A DNA stretch of 64,000 nt, taken from a virus. Taxonomy: Duplodnaviria; Caudoviricetes. Position 1 is the first letter of the stretch; each line of letters opens with the position of its first letter. Positions 9,297 through 18,396 of this stretch are shown here, one piece after another. Below the pieces are notes generated by a model. That model was not told the DNA's origin and did no database searches. It was given only the letters and a program-made list of their open reading frames with translations. A program made the translations under genes and the position numbers. The stretch is taken from the IMG/VR virus record IMGVR_UViG_2906610324_000001, positions 32,001-96,000 of that record; one strand, 5' to 3'.

Positions 9297-10384
9297 CGCG
9301 CGAAGACACCGCCGAGATCAAGAAGCGGCTGAACGAGCAGTTGGAGCGCGTCCTTGACCATTTCTGGAAGGGGTACAAGACGCGCGGCAAGATCGCGTAT
9401 CCCGCTCCCGGCGTCAAAGGCGACCTCGGATCGTTTCAGGTCTATCTGGCGACGGTCGGCAAGTACACGCGCGGCTCATGGGTGCGCAGCTCGGCCGGCA
9501 TTGGCGGCGACGAGATCAATCTCTTCGCCTACGGCCTGACCGGAAGTCACAAGGCCGATGCCGAGGTGTTTGACCGCGCCCGGGAATTCGTCGGGCTCGA
9601 TCGCGCTCGTGAGGAGACGCCGGAGGAGCGGCGACGGCGCGAGGACAGGGCGGCCGAAGCCGCAGCGAAGCGGGCGGCGGACGACCAGCGTGCCGCGGAG
9701 CACGTCCAGGCCCGTCAGCGGAGCGCTGCCGAGATCTGGCAGGAGGCCGTGCCGATCGTCGGCACGCACGCCGAGGCCTATCTCCTCGCCCGCGGCATTC
9801 CTGTGCCGCCCGGCGGCTGGGATGACTGTCTCCGGTTTCACGGGCGCGTGCTGTACGACCTTGATGACCGGTTGGCCTTTCCCACGCTGGTCGCCCGCGT
9901 CGACGACGTCTTCGGGGACCTAACCGCCATCTGGAAAGTCCACCTTGATCCGGCGAAGGCCGCAAAGGCGCCAGTCGATAAGGCCAAGATTGGCGCTGGC
10001 GCGGCCGCTGGCGGTGCCGTGCGGATCGGCGGCGTCGCGGCTCATATAGGTCTCGGGGAGGGGCTGGAAACCTGTCTCGCCGCGCGCGCGCTGATCAAGT
10101 ATCGGCGCCCGGTCTGGGCCGGCCTCAGCACCAGCGGCGTTGCAGGACTCGAGCCGCCGATCGAGGTGGAGAGGATCACGTCTTTCCCGGACGGCGACAA
10201 GCCGTGGCGGCGCCAGGATGGCGACCTGGTTCTAGCCGAGCCCGCCGGCCGCGCCGCGGTGCGCAAGCTTCATGAACGCATGGTCGCGATCGGCAAGCTG
10301 CACGACAGCCAGCCGGAGCCGCGCATGCGGACCGACTATCTCGACATCTGGAATGCGCGGCGACGCGTGGAGGCCTCAGCTTGA
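9293..10384 (+). CDS. Toprim-domain primase-like protein
   Basis: IW.EA.PI.GT.AE.YL..RG, GGAVR, GEGLET.LA, PVWA.LS, FPDGD. Confidence 0.85.
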   Translation: MTREDTAEIKKRLNEQLERVLDHFWKGYKTRGKIAYPAPGVKGDLGSFQVYLATVGKYTRGSWVRSSAGIGGDEINLFAYGLTGSHKADAEVFDRAREFVGLDRAREETPEERRRREDRAAEAAAKRAADDQRAAEHVQARQRSAAEIWQEAVPIVGTHAEAYLLARGIPVPPGGWDDCLRFHGRVLYDLDDRLAFPTLVARVDDVFGDLTAIWKVHLDPAKAAKAPVDKAKIGAGAAAGGAVRIGGVAAHIGLGEGLETCLAARALIKYRRPVWAGLSTSGVAGLEPPIEVERITSFPDGDKPWRRQDGDLVLAEPAGRAAVRKLHERMVAIGKLHDSQPEPRMRTDYLDIWNARRRVEASA

Positions 10385-11700
10385 CGGTTCGAATTCTCAA
10401 TGGTGATTGCCGGGCCGTCGTCCGGCTCCTGCCTTCCAACTCGGTGCACGCCTGCGTCTGCTCGCCGCCGTACTTCCGCCTCCGCGATTACAAGATGGCT
10501 GGCCAGATCGGGCTCGAGAACTCGCCCGAGGCCTATATCACGGAGCTCGTCGACCTCTTCCGGGAGATCCGGCGCGTTCTGCGGGATGACGGCTCGCTCT
10601 GGATCAATATCGGCGACTGCTACGCGGGATCCGGCCGCGGCGGCAATCCTGCCGCGGCGTCCTCGACGCTGCTCGGTACGCTGCAGTCACAGGAAGCGTC
10701 CATGGTGGTGCGCCAGAACTGGGAGATCGGCGCGAGTGCAAGGATCGCGGCGCAGACCGAGCGCGGCAGCCGGTTGCCGGCGGGCAACCATGCGAAGGCC
10801 CAGGGCGACGGAGCGATCGGCCGCGCCTGGGAGCCGCCGCCGGCTGGGCTTAAGCAGAAGGATCTCATTGGAATCCCGTGGATGCTGGCCTTCGCGCTCC
10901 GCGCCGACGGCTGGTGGCTCCGCAAAGACAACATCTGGGCGAAGCCGAACGGTATGCCGGAAAGTACGCGGGATCGGTCGACGAGCGCGCACGAATACGT
11001 CTTCCACCTCGCGAAGTCGGAGACCTACTACCATGGTTATGAAGACGTCAGGCTACCGGCGGCGCCGGAGTCGGTAAGCCGATTGGCGCGCGCGATGCGG
11101 GACAAACTCGGCAGCGAGGGCGCGCTTGTCGTGAGTGGCGACGGCTATGCGCCGGAAGGGCAGCCGCCGCACTCCGGCGCCCGCAAACGCGATCGACGGC
11201 GCGGCCACGGCCGGCGTCATGCCGGCTTCAACGATCGCTGGGACGGAATGTCGGTGGCGGAGCAGCGCGCCAACGGCGCCGCGCTGCGGTCGGTATGGTG
11301 GGTCGCGCCCGGCGGGTTCAACGACGAGTTTTGCATCAAGTGCCGCAGATTCTACCCGAGTGCCGAACTGGGCCGTCTCCGAACCGAAAAGATTGAACGC
11401 GAGGGCCGCAAGCTGACGCTCCGCTATTGCGAATGCGGCTCCCACCATGATTGGCTGAACCATTTTGCCGTGATGCCGCCGGAGGTCGCCGCGGTTTGCA
11501 TCCTGGCCGGCGTGCCGCCGGGTGGAACCGTGCTCGATCCCTTCGCCGGCGCCGGCACCACCGGACTGGTCGCGGACCGGCTCCAACGCGACGCCATCCT
11601 GATCGAATTGAACGCGGACTACGCCGAGATGGCGGCCAAGCGGATCAGCGCCAGCCATCCCATGCTGACGTCGGTCGAGCTCGAGGCGGTGTCGGCATGA
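10381..11700 (+). CDS. DNA N4-cytosine/N6-adenine methyltransferase (beta class)
   Basis: CSPPY, IWAKPN.MPES, HFAVMP, VLDPFAGAGTT. Confidence 0.93.
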   Translation: MTVRILNGDCRAVVRLLPSNSVHACVCSPPYFRLRDYKMAGQIGLENSPEAYITELVDLFREIRRVLRDDGSLWINIGDCYAGSGRGGNPAAASSTLLGTLQSQEASMVVRQNWEIGASARIAAQTERGSRLPAGNHAKAQGDGAIGRAWEPPPAGLKQKDLIGIPWMLAFALRADGWWLRKDNIWAKPNGMPESTRDRSTSAHEYVFHLAKSETYYHGYEDVRLPAAPESVSRLARAMRDKLGSEGALVVSGDGYAPEGQPPHSGARKRDRRRGHGRRHAGFNDRWDGMSVAEQRANGAALRSVWWVAPGGFNDEFCIKCRRFYPSAELGRLRTEKIEREGRKLTLRYCECGSHHDWLNHFAVMPPEVAAVCILAGVPPGGTVLDPFAGAGTTGLVADRLQRDAILIELNADYAEMAAKRISASHPMLTSVELEAVSA

Positions 11701-13124
11701 CCAAGCGTCCCGTCGCCACACCCAATAAGCCGACGCAGAATGTCCGCGCCGAAGAGGCGATCATTGGAAAAATTTTGGGGTCGGCCGAGACATTCTGGGC
11801 CGTCTCGGATCGAGTGTCGGCGGACCAATTCACGCTGCACCACCACCGCCTGATCTTCTCCGCGATCGAGGAATGCTGCCTCAACGGCGCGGGCCCCACA
11901 CTGTCGCTGCTCGAGTCCAAGCTCCCGACCGAGTTTGAAGGCGTCGGCGATACCGAGGCTGTGCTACAGATCCTGATCGAAAAGGCCGCGGACGTCAGCA
12001 GCGCGCTCGATTTTGTCGACGACATCATTCTGGCGTGGCGGGAACGCGCCCGCATACAACTCGGGAAGATCGCCACAGCGCCCGACAAGACCTTCGATCA
12101 AACGCGCCAGGAACTGGACGACATGCTCCGCGTGGTCGACGACCACGATCGAGTGCGACATGCCGTTGCGCTCGGTGACGCTGCCGGCAACGCGATGGCC
12201 AAAGCAGGGGAGGCCTACGAGCATCAGGGCAAGCGCGCGGTCGGCGTGCTCACCAAGATCCCGGAGTTGGACGAGGTTCTCGGGCCGATCGTCGGCGGAA
12301 CGACTGTCACGCTGGCTGCGCCATCTGGCCACGGCAAATCGGCCTTGATGGCGCAGATCCTGCGCGACAACGCCGGTCCTTCGCTGGACGAGACGAGCAT
12401 TTTCCCGGGCTTTTCGCTCAGCCTCGAAATGTCCGCGGAGCAGATCGCCTATCGCGACATCGCTTCGTTGTCCGGCGTCTCGGTCAAGAAGCAGATCAGC
12501 GGCGACTTCAATCAGAAGGAATTTCTCGACATCCGGCGGGCAAAGGAGCAGCTCGAGTCGATCAGGGTTTGGGTCCAAGACCGCAGCCGGATGACGATCA
12601 AGCAGATTGGCAACGAATTCAGGAAGGCAAAGCGCCGGTACGGCGTGAAGCAGTTCTGCATCGACCACTTGAAGCTGGTGGAGCCCGAGCAGGAGCATTG
12701 GAACGTCGTCCGAACCGTCGAATATGCCTCGGCCTATACCAAGGATCTCGCCAAGGAATTGGATGGTGTAGTCTGGCAACTCGCGCAACTGACCCGTGAG
12801 GGACAGCGCGCGCCCAGCTGGAAATTTGGCAGCGGCGATATCTACGGCGGCGGGCTCATCGTCGAGAACAGCGACATCATCGTTGGCCTGACGATCCCCA
12901 AGATCTGGCTCCGCGACAACGAGCCGGAGCCGGCATCGGAAGACAACCCGAAAGGCCGTGAGCAGCGCGATCGATGGCTGAGGGAATACGACATCTGGAA
13001 GGACAAGGCGGCTTTCGCCGTTTTCAAGAACCGCAGCGGCACGGGGTGCAAGTGGAAAAAGATCGACTTCAACGGCCCGCGAATGCTGTTCGGGGGGCTC
13101 GGCGGGGAAGATATACCGTTCTGA
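11697..13124 (+). CDS. dnaB: DnaB-like replicative helicase
   Basis: AEEAIIG, Walker A AAPSGHGKS, SLEMS, IDHLKL, LAQLTR, KNRSG. Confidence 0.9.
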   Translation: MTKRPVATPNKPTQNVRAEEAIIGKILGSAETFWAVSDRVSADQFTLHHHRLIFSAIEECCLNGAGPTLSLLESKLPTEFEGVGDTEAVLQILIEKAADVSSALDFVDDIILAWRERARIQLGKIATAPDKTFDQTRQELDDMLRVVDDHDRVRHAVALGDAAGNAMAKAGEAYEHQGKRAVGVLTKIPELDEVLGPIVGGTTVTLAAPSGHGKSALMAQILRDNAGPSLDETSIFPGFSLSLEMSAEQIAYRDIASLSGVSVKKQISGDFNQKEFLDIRRAKEQLESIRVWVQDRSRMTIKQIGNEFRKAKRRYGVKQFCIDHLKLVEPEQEHWNVVRTVEYASAYTKDLAKELDGVVWQLAQLTREGQRAPSWKFGSGDIYGGGLIVENSDIIVGLTIPKIWLRDNEPEPASEDNPKGREQRDRWLREYDIWKDKAAFAVFKNRSGTGCKWKKIDFNGPRMLFGGLGGEDIPF

Positions 13125-13448
13125 CCTGCGGCACGGGAGGGATTTGGACGGAAGCCGGACTTCGAGTCCTAGGGGCGTACTCATAAACGCCAGCGGTCCG
13201 GCGTCTGCCTCCGGAGAATAAACGGACATCGCGAAGCCACGTCGAAATCGATCGAGAATGACCCAAGCAGTCGTTGTTCGAGCCGGATGATCTCGCATTG
13301 CAGCATCTAGTCGGCGTCTTGTTCCCTCGACGTTGTTGGCCCAGTGCGATCTACTCGCGGTTGCATTAATCAAGACGCCCGTGCAATCATTGGTTGGCAT
13401 CAGGCCGGCAGTGCTCTGACAGGATACTGGTGCGGACGGGAAAGACCC

Positions 13449-14276
13449 ATGGTGGACTACACCAGTCATGATCTGAATCGCGCTGCACACATTCTTCAAG
13501 CCTTGAGGTGGCACGGGGAGGAGGAGCGCCGTCTTTGGGAGACCGAACTCGAGGAGGGACTTTCTATCGCCGACCTCCAGGCGAACGCCGAACAATTCTA
13601 CGATGACGTGGATCTACTCGAGTCTTTCCGCCTCGATTATCCAGCCGTACTCCTCGGTGACAACAGGGTTTTCGTTCCGGTCGCTCTTTCAGAAATCATT
13701 GCACCTAAAGCCTTGCAGGCCACCCTGACGGCTAGCTACCAGCGTCGCTCTCGTCCCGGCCCCTATTGGTTTTTTTTCCGGTATTTGCTCCGTTTCATTC
13801 CCCGCCCTTCTTTGCGCAATATGCTCTCCGAAGCGATAAAGAGAGGAATGGTGCGCTTCGGTGACGGCGCAACGATGTTATCACCTGCCGAGGCGCGGGA
13901 GACGTTCTTTCAGCGAGCGTGCGAGTTTTTGGCTACGCGCATCGCGGGACGGCGCAGCTTTCGCGGGGGGGAGCCTCCGGATGGGCCCGCGCCCGAACTC
14001 TCAATGCGTAAGTTCATCGGCGGTCCGCCAACCAAGGTGGCCGGCTGCATTTTCTCCGTTCACACGAAGTCGCCCGGGCTCTCTGCATATTGGTCTGGCG
14101 CCTACTTGATCTCTTCGAACTATCATGGTGCGCCAACCACGCCGGCAAGGGGCGTACTTCAAGCTGGTACTTACGTTTTCGGCGTAAGCGGCGGCGCTTA
14201 CGGCAACACCGTACAATGGGACCAGAATAAGGTCTGCACTCTTCCAGGAACGTCCAGCGTCACGCTCGACTATTGA
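13449..14276 (+). CDS. Accessory (moron) protein of unknown function
   Basis: 275-aa ORF, less GC-skewed codon usage than flanks, follows a ~320 bp intergenic gap. Confidence 0.7.
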   Translation: MVDYTSHDLNRAAHILQALRWHGEEERRLWETELEEGLSIADLQANAEQFYDDVDLLESFRLDYPAVLLGDNRVFVPVALSEIIAPKALQATLTASYQRRSRPGPYWFFFRYLLRFIPRPSLRNMLSEAIKRGMVRFGDGATMLSPAEARETFFQRACEFLATRIAGRRSFRGGEPPDGPAPELSMRKFIGGPPTKVAGCIFSVHTKSPGLSAYWSGAYLISSNYHGAPTTPARGVLQAGTYVFGVSGGAYGNTVQWDQNKVCTLPGTSSVTLDY

Positions 14277-14285
14277 GGGCACACG

Positions 14286-14948
14286 ATGTTCAGCGGGAAA
14301 TACGGTCTTTTCGCAACCACCATAACAATCGCTGCGACGCTATTTGCGGTTTTCAGCGTTCTTTTGATGAAAGCGGTCGGCAAGGTTTCGCAATGGACGT
14401 TCCTTGCAGATGATTCCCCACCCTTCATGGTCACCGCTGGCGCCCGCGCTCTTGCGATCGCCCTGATTGCTCTAAGCTTTATTTTTATCGACAAGAGCAA
14501 TTACGGTTGGTTCGGGGGCGCGGCAGTGATCTTCGCTTTTCTCATGATCATCTTCATCGCGCGATTCGACCGTATCCGCAGAGCTCACATCTGCAAGGTG
14601 CCTCTGCTTGAAGACGGTCACCAGAAAAGAGGTTGGTTAGGTTCGCTCAAATGGCAGGTGGTAGTGATCGGAAGCGAGATCGATATGAAGCCGCAGGCAG
14701 CCACGCACTACCAAAAATTTGGTGCGGGATCGCTCTGCAAATTCCTCAGCGGCTACGGCCGGAACGAGGTTAACAATCCCGAGGCGATCTGGACCAAACA
14801 AACGCTTGCCAGGATCAGCAGCCACATGACGATCCTGCTGATCGGCATTCTCCTTTGCGGCGTCATGGCGCTTTATCTTGCGGCTTCGGCGGTCGAGGTT
14901 CACCAACGCGTTGCCCCAACTGGCGCCACACCAACGCAAACGCAATAA
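14286..14948 (+). CDS. Accessory 4-TM membrane protein
   Basis: Three N-terminal hydrophobic helices plus one C-terminal; GAGG RBS. Confidence 0.75.
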   Translation: MFSGKYGLFATTITIAATLFAVFSVLLMKAVGKVSQWTFLADDSPPFMVTAGARALAIALIALSFIFIDKSNYGWFGGAAVIFAFLMIIFIARFDRIRRAHICKVPLLEDGHQKRGWLGSLKWQVVVIGSEIDMKPQAATHYQKFGAGSLCKFLSGYGRNEVNNPEAIWTKQTLARISSHMTILLIGILLCGVMALYLAASAVEVHQRVAPTGATPTQTQ

Positions 14949-15205
14949 ATCGACTTGGCGGCGACGCGCCGCCTCAATGGGTGTTGGAGTCCTGTGAGCT
15001 GTGTTTGCGGCCGCTTCTGGCCCCAAACCGACATGCCGTGGTCACCCGGCGGTGTCCGGGGGTAGGGCCGACATGGCGGATTTGTGAGTACGCGCCTAAC
15101 GGAAGGCGTCGCTGTTCGACGGTGGACGGCGCACCAAGTTCCCGCTTGCAATCGTAGACAAATCACCTCCACGAAATCTATTCGTGATTCTGCGTGGAGG
15201 ATGGA

Positions 15206-16105
15206 ATGTCTCAAGCACAGATCACGGATGTCGCGACAGTACACGTCGACAAAGAGCGAGATCGCCGCGCCCGTGCCTTCCAGCGCGATATACGGCGGGC
15301 CAAGCCGATGCGCTCGTACGCCGGTCTCTCGTACGACGCACAGATTGTGCTTGAGGAAGAGCGCGCAAGGGCGCGCCGTATTGGCGAAGCCGGCATCGAA
15401 TGGGCCACAGGCTGCGATACTCCGACAACCCGCCTGGTCACGGAGTATTTCCGGACAAACAAGCTGTTCCAGCAGGGATATCAGCATGCGGCGGCGCGGG
15501 CCGCCGATCTATTGAACATTCTTGGCAAGCCGCTGACGAAGAAGGAGCAGAAGGCGAAGGACGAGGCGGACCGTCTTGCCAGCGGCAAGCGCAAGCACGT
15601 CATCCCGGATCCCCAAAACCCGTCGCTCAACGTGATGGTCGACACCGTCCGCGCATCGCACCTCAATTTGACCGAGTCGAAGAAGCGCGGCGCCGCGGAT
15701 CCTGAAGACAAGCTGCGCCAGAGCGCCGCGGATCGTTTCCGACGCGACTTCGACCTCGCTACCTTCCACGGAGCGCGCGGCTTCGCGCTGCAGGACAAGG
15801 TCGATGGAGGAGGCGGCGGGTCGCCCTCGCACACCATCGCACTCGAGGCCAGCGGGCGTCTCAGGGAGGTCGAACGTCGTCTCGGCGGGCGGCAGTTCGA
15901 TATCCTGCTCGTCAGGATTGGGCTCGAGTGCAGCAGCGAGGACGTCCGGCTGCATGGCGGCGAGGAGCACCGCACCAACAATTCCGACTTCCGGATCGCG
16001 CTGAACGCGCTCGTAAAGCACTACGAGGGCGTCGAGATCATCGACCGGACATGGGACGCGGTGCGGCGGCTGAAGACTGCCGCCGGCATGGGCTTGCGGA
16101 AGTAA
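15206..16105 (+). CDS. Putative late-transcription regulator (Q-like position)
   Basis: Lies between replication and packaging modules; AADRFR.DF, VDGG, C-terminal AL..L..HY. Confidence 0.45.
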   Translation: MSQAQITDVATVHVDKERDRRARAFQRDIRRAKPMRSYAGLSYDAQIVLEEERARARRIGEAGIEWATGCDTPTTRLVTEYFRTNKLFQQGYQHAAARAADLLNILGKPLTKKEQKAKDEADRLASGKRKHVIPDPQNPSLNVMVDTVRASHLNLTESKKRGAADPEDKLRQSAADRFRRDFDLATFHGARGFALQDKVDGGGGGSPSHTIALEASGRLREVERRLGGRQFDILLVRIGLECSSEDVRLHGGEEHRTNNSDFRIALNALVKHYEGVEIIDRTWDAVRRLKTAAGMGLRK

Positions 16106-16117
16106 GGGGCTGAATCG

Positions 16118-16312
16118 ATGTCGCTCGGACGGTTCGCCCCCAACAAGCGGGAAACACCGCTGGAGACCAAGCAACGGGTTTGGCGCGAATACGGTCTCCT
16201 TCTGGTTGACGTCGACAAGGACCAGATGACCTGGGATCAGCGCGAAATGCTTCGCTCGATGGGCCGGAAGATGTTCGGCCCGAGGCGCAACGAGAAAAGG
16301 AGCGGTCGATGA
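16118..16312 (+). CDS. Hypothetical protein
   Basis: AGGGG RBS, coupled to the next ORF. Confidence 0.55.
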   Translation: MSLGRFAPNKRETPLETKQRVWREYGLLLVDVDKDQMTWDQREMLRSMGRKMFGPRRNEKRSGR

Positions 16313-16533
16313 GCCGAGAGAGCAGGCGGGAGCGGGCCTTGAGTTTGTTCGAGGAATGGAAGAGAGATCCGGACGCGTTCAACGAGCGCTATCGAATTCC
16401 TATGACGCTTCAGTGCGGACAGGACCCGAAGGTTGGAGCACTCACCTCGATCGCCAACCATGTGCTCGGCAGCGGTTATGTCGTCCAAGAAGTCATCTGC
16501 GCTGATCCGATCCTGTTCCTGGAGCCGGTATGA
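16309..16533 (+). CDS. Hypothetical protein
   Basis: AGGAG RBS, ATGA overlaps on both sides. Confidence 0.55.
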   Translation: MSRESRRERALSLFEEWKRDPDAFNERYRIPMTLQCGQDPKVGALTSIANHVLGSGYVVQEVICADPILFLEPV

Positions 16534-16883
16534 CCCGCATGACCCGCGCCCGTATCCCGACGCTCGGCCCACGCGTGCCGACGCTCGACACCCGCAAAGT
16601 GAAACCGCCGCCGAAGCTGGCCGACCCGCATTACCAGACCGCCGAACACAAGAACTGGGCCGAGCAGGTAAAGCGGCGCGCCGGCTGGCGCTGCGAATAT
16701 GTCGAGGATGGCGTGCGCTGCGAGCGCAGCCGGGAGTTGGGCGACCAGATGTACGCGGATCACATCGAGGAGGTCCGAGATGCCCCTTCCAAGGCGCTGG
16801 ACTTGTCGAATGGGCATTGCCTTTGCGCCAGTCATCACACTCGAAAAAGCCACCAAGCTAGGGCAGCTAGGATGTCGCGGTGA
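16530..16883 (+). CDS. Packaging-associated HNH endonuclease (HK97 gp74-like)
   Basis: W...V..R.GWRC, ADHI.E.RD....LD.SNG.CLC.SHH..K. Confidence 0.9.
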   Translation: MTRMTRARIPTLGPRVPTLDTRKVKPPPKLADPHYQTAEHKNWAEQVKRRAGWRCEYVEDGVRCERSRELGDQMYADHIEEVRDAPSKALDLSNGHCLCASHHTRKSHQARAARMSR

Positions 16884-17200
16884 GAGCGGACCCATGTGAC
16901 CTGCACGAGATGATTGCGGCCGGCCACATGATTGCCCGCGGCATGTGTGCAATTCACTATCGCAGATGGAGAAAGAAAGGCAGCCAAGAGCCGCGTCGGT
17001 TCCAAATGACACTGGTGATTGTGTGGTGTCGGATTTGGGCGCCCGCGGTCGCCGAGATCGCTCTACTGCGAAATGCGCTACTGCAGGCTTTATTACTCAA
17101 GCTCGCTGGACGGAACGCAGATCAACGCCGCGCGCGGTGTCCACGAACCGCAATCGCCTGGAGTGTCGTTATCATCGCTCAACTCGGCACGGCAGACTGA
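16880..17200 (+). pseudogene. Possible remnant of an HNH homing endonuclease
   Basis: ARGMCAIHYRRWRKKG resembles the N-terminal Zn motif of phage HNH homing endonucleases; the rest is degenerate. Confidence 0.35.
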
Positions 17201-17473
17201 TTTACGTCGTCTGCCGTGAAGGTGATAGCCTGAACGCGAGAGAGCAGCAGGGCTTCTGCGAGGGATTAAACATCGCCAGTGTCCTGTCCCCGGACAAAGA
17301 GCTGGAGACATTAAGTAAGAAAGAGTATGGCGATGAGTAAGTATCAAAATGTGCTGGCGGCCTGGCTTTGACTGCGGCGGTTGTTTGCCGATGGGCGCAG
17401 TATCTGTTCGGGCTCGGCGGTAGCTTTTAGAAAGCAGCCAGCCCTCTCGAAAACAACGGAAGCCGGCTATCTT

Positions 17474-18396
17474 TTAGTGAATTGTGTTGAGGAATGCTAC
17501 TAGACCGTTAGGTACTTCGGATTTCGACGCAAGAGCGCCTATCGTGATCCCGCCGGAATTAACTCCCTTGGGACTGCCGATTTTGGTGAAGTGTTAGATT
17601 TCTCGGCCGCTCGATCGGCAGCGAGAAGATCAAGCCATTTCATGAAGAACAGCAGGTTGAACTTGCCGCGATAGCGCTTTTGTGGATTCAACTTTGGGAA
17701 CTCGGCTTTCAACGTATCGAACTGCTCCAAGCTGACCTGCTCATTGAATATGACGACTTGCTCAGGCCCAACAGCAATAGGACTGACGCTGTCCAGGGCG
17801 ACCAGCGCGACGTTGTTTATCCGCGTAGGCAGATGTTTTTGGAGCGTGAAGCCGTTTTTTCTGGCGATGAATAGGCGAAAGTTTATTGCTTCTGTAGCAG
17901 TTAGAAATTCAGTTAAGCGTTGGTCGAAGACGGCGAGGCAAGCATTGCGGATCTCGGGTTCCGCATGACAGTGGAATTCGTCTTTGAGAAGTTCTTCCAG
18001 AACTTCTCGCGTAACGAGATAGTTTTCGACAGAGTACTGATCTGTCGCGAAGGTTGTGGCAGGGTCAGGATCGAACCCTCGAAAGTCGTCAAAATCTCGG
18101 TCGATGAAGAAATAGACGCGAGCTGCGAGGCCGCCTAAATCGCGCCTCAGCATCTCTCGAAACTCAAGGACTTGCCGCTTTCCACCGCATGGGAACGGCT
18201 CATAGACAAGGTCAGAGCGAAGCCGCTTCACCCACTGAAAATAGGCTCCCTTGTCTAAATCGCCTTCAAACGCAAAGACGAGACAGCCAGGGCTTGAGCT
18301 TCGCACTGATGCGAGTTTCGTCTTCAAGACTGCTGGGCGATCTCGTGCGGCTCTTAGTTTATTGACATAGGCGTCCTGCGAAACGGGAAGTGTCAT
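17474..18396 (-). pseudogene. ariB: DUF4435/TOPRIM AriB-like effector with a 1-bp frameshift near 17592 (annotated frame stops at 17539)
   Basis: FEG.LD..AY, CGGK..VL, FFIDRDFD, YSVENYL, RGKF; a second frame continues FTKIGSPKGVNSGGITIGALASKSEVPNGLVAFLNTIH* to 17474. Confidence 0.75.
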
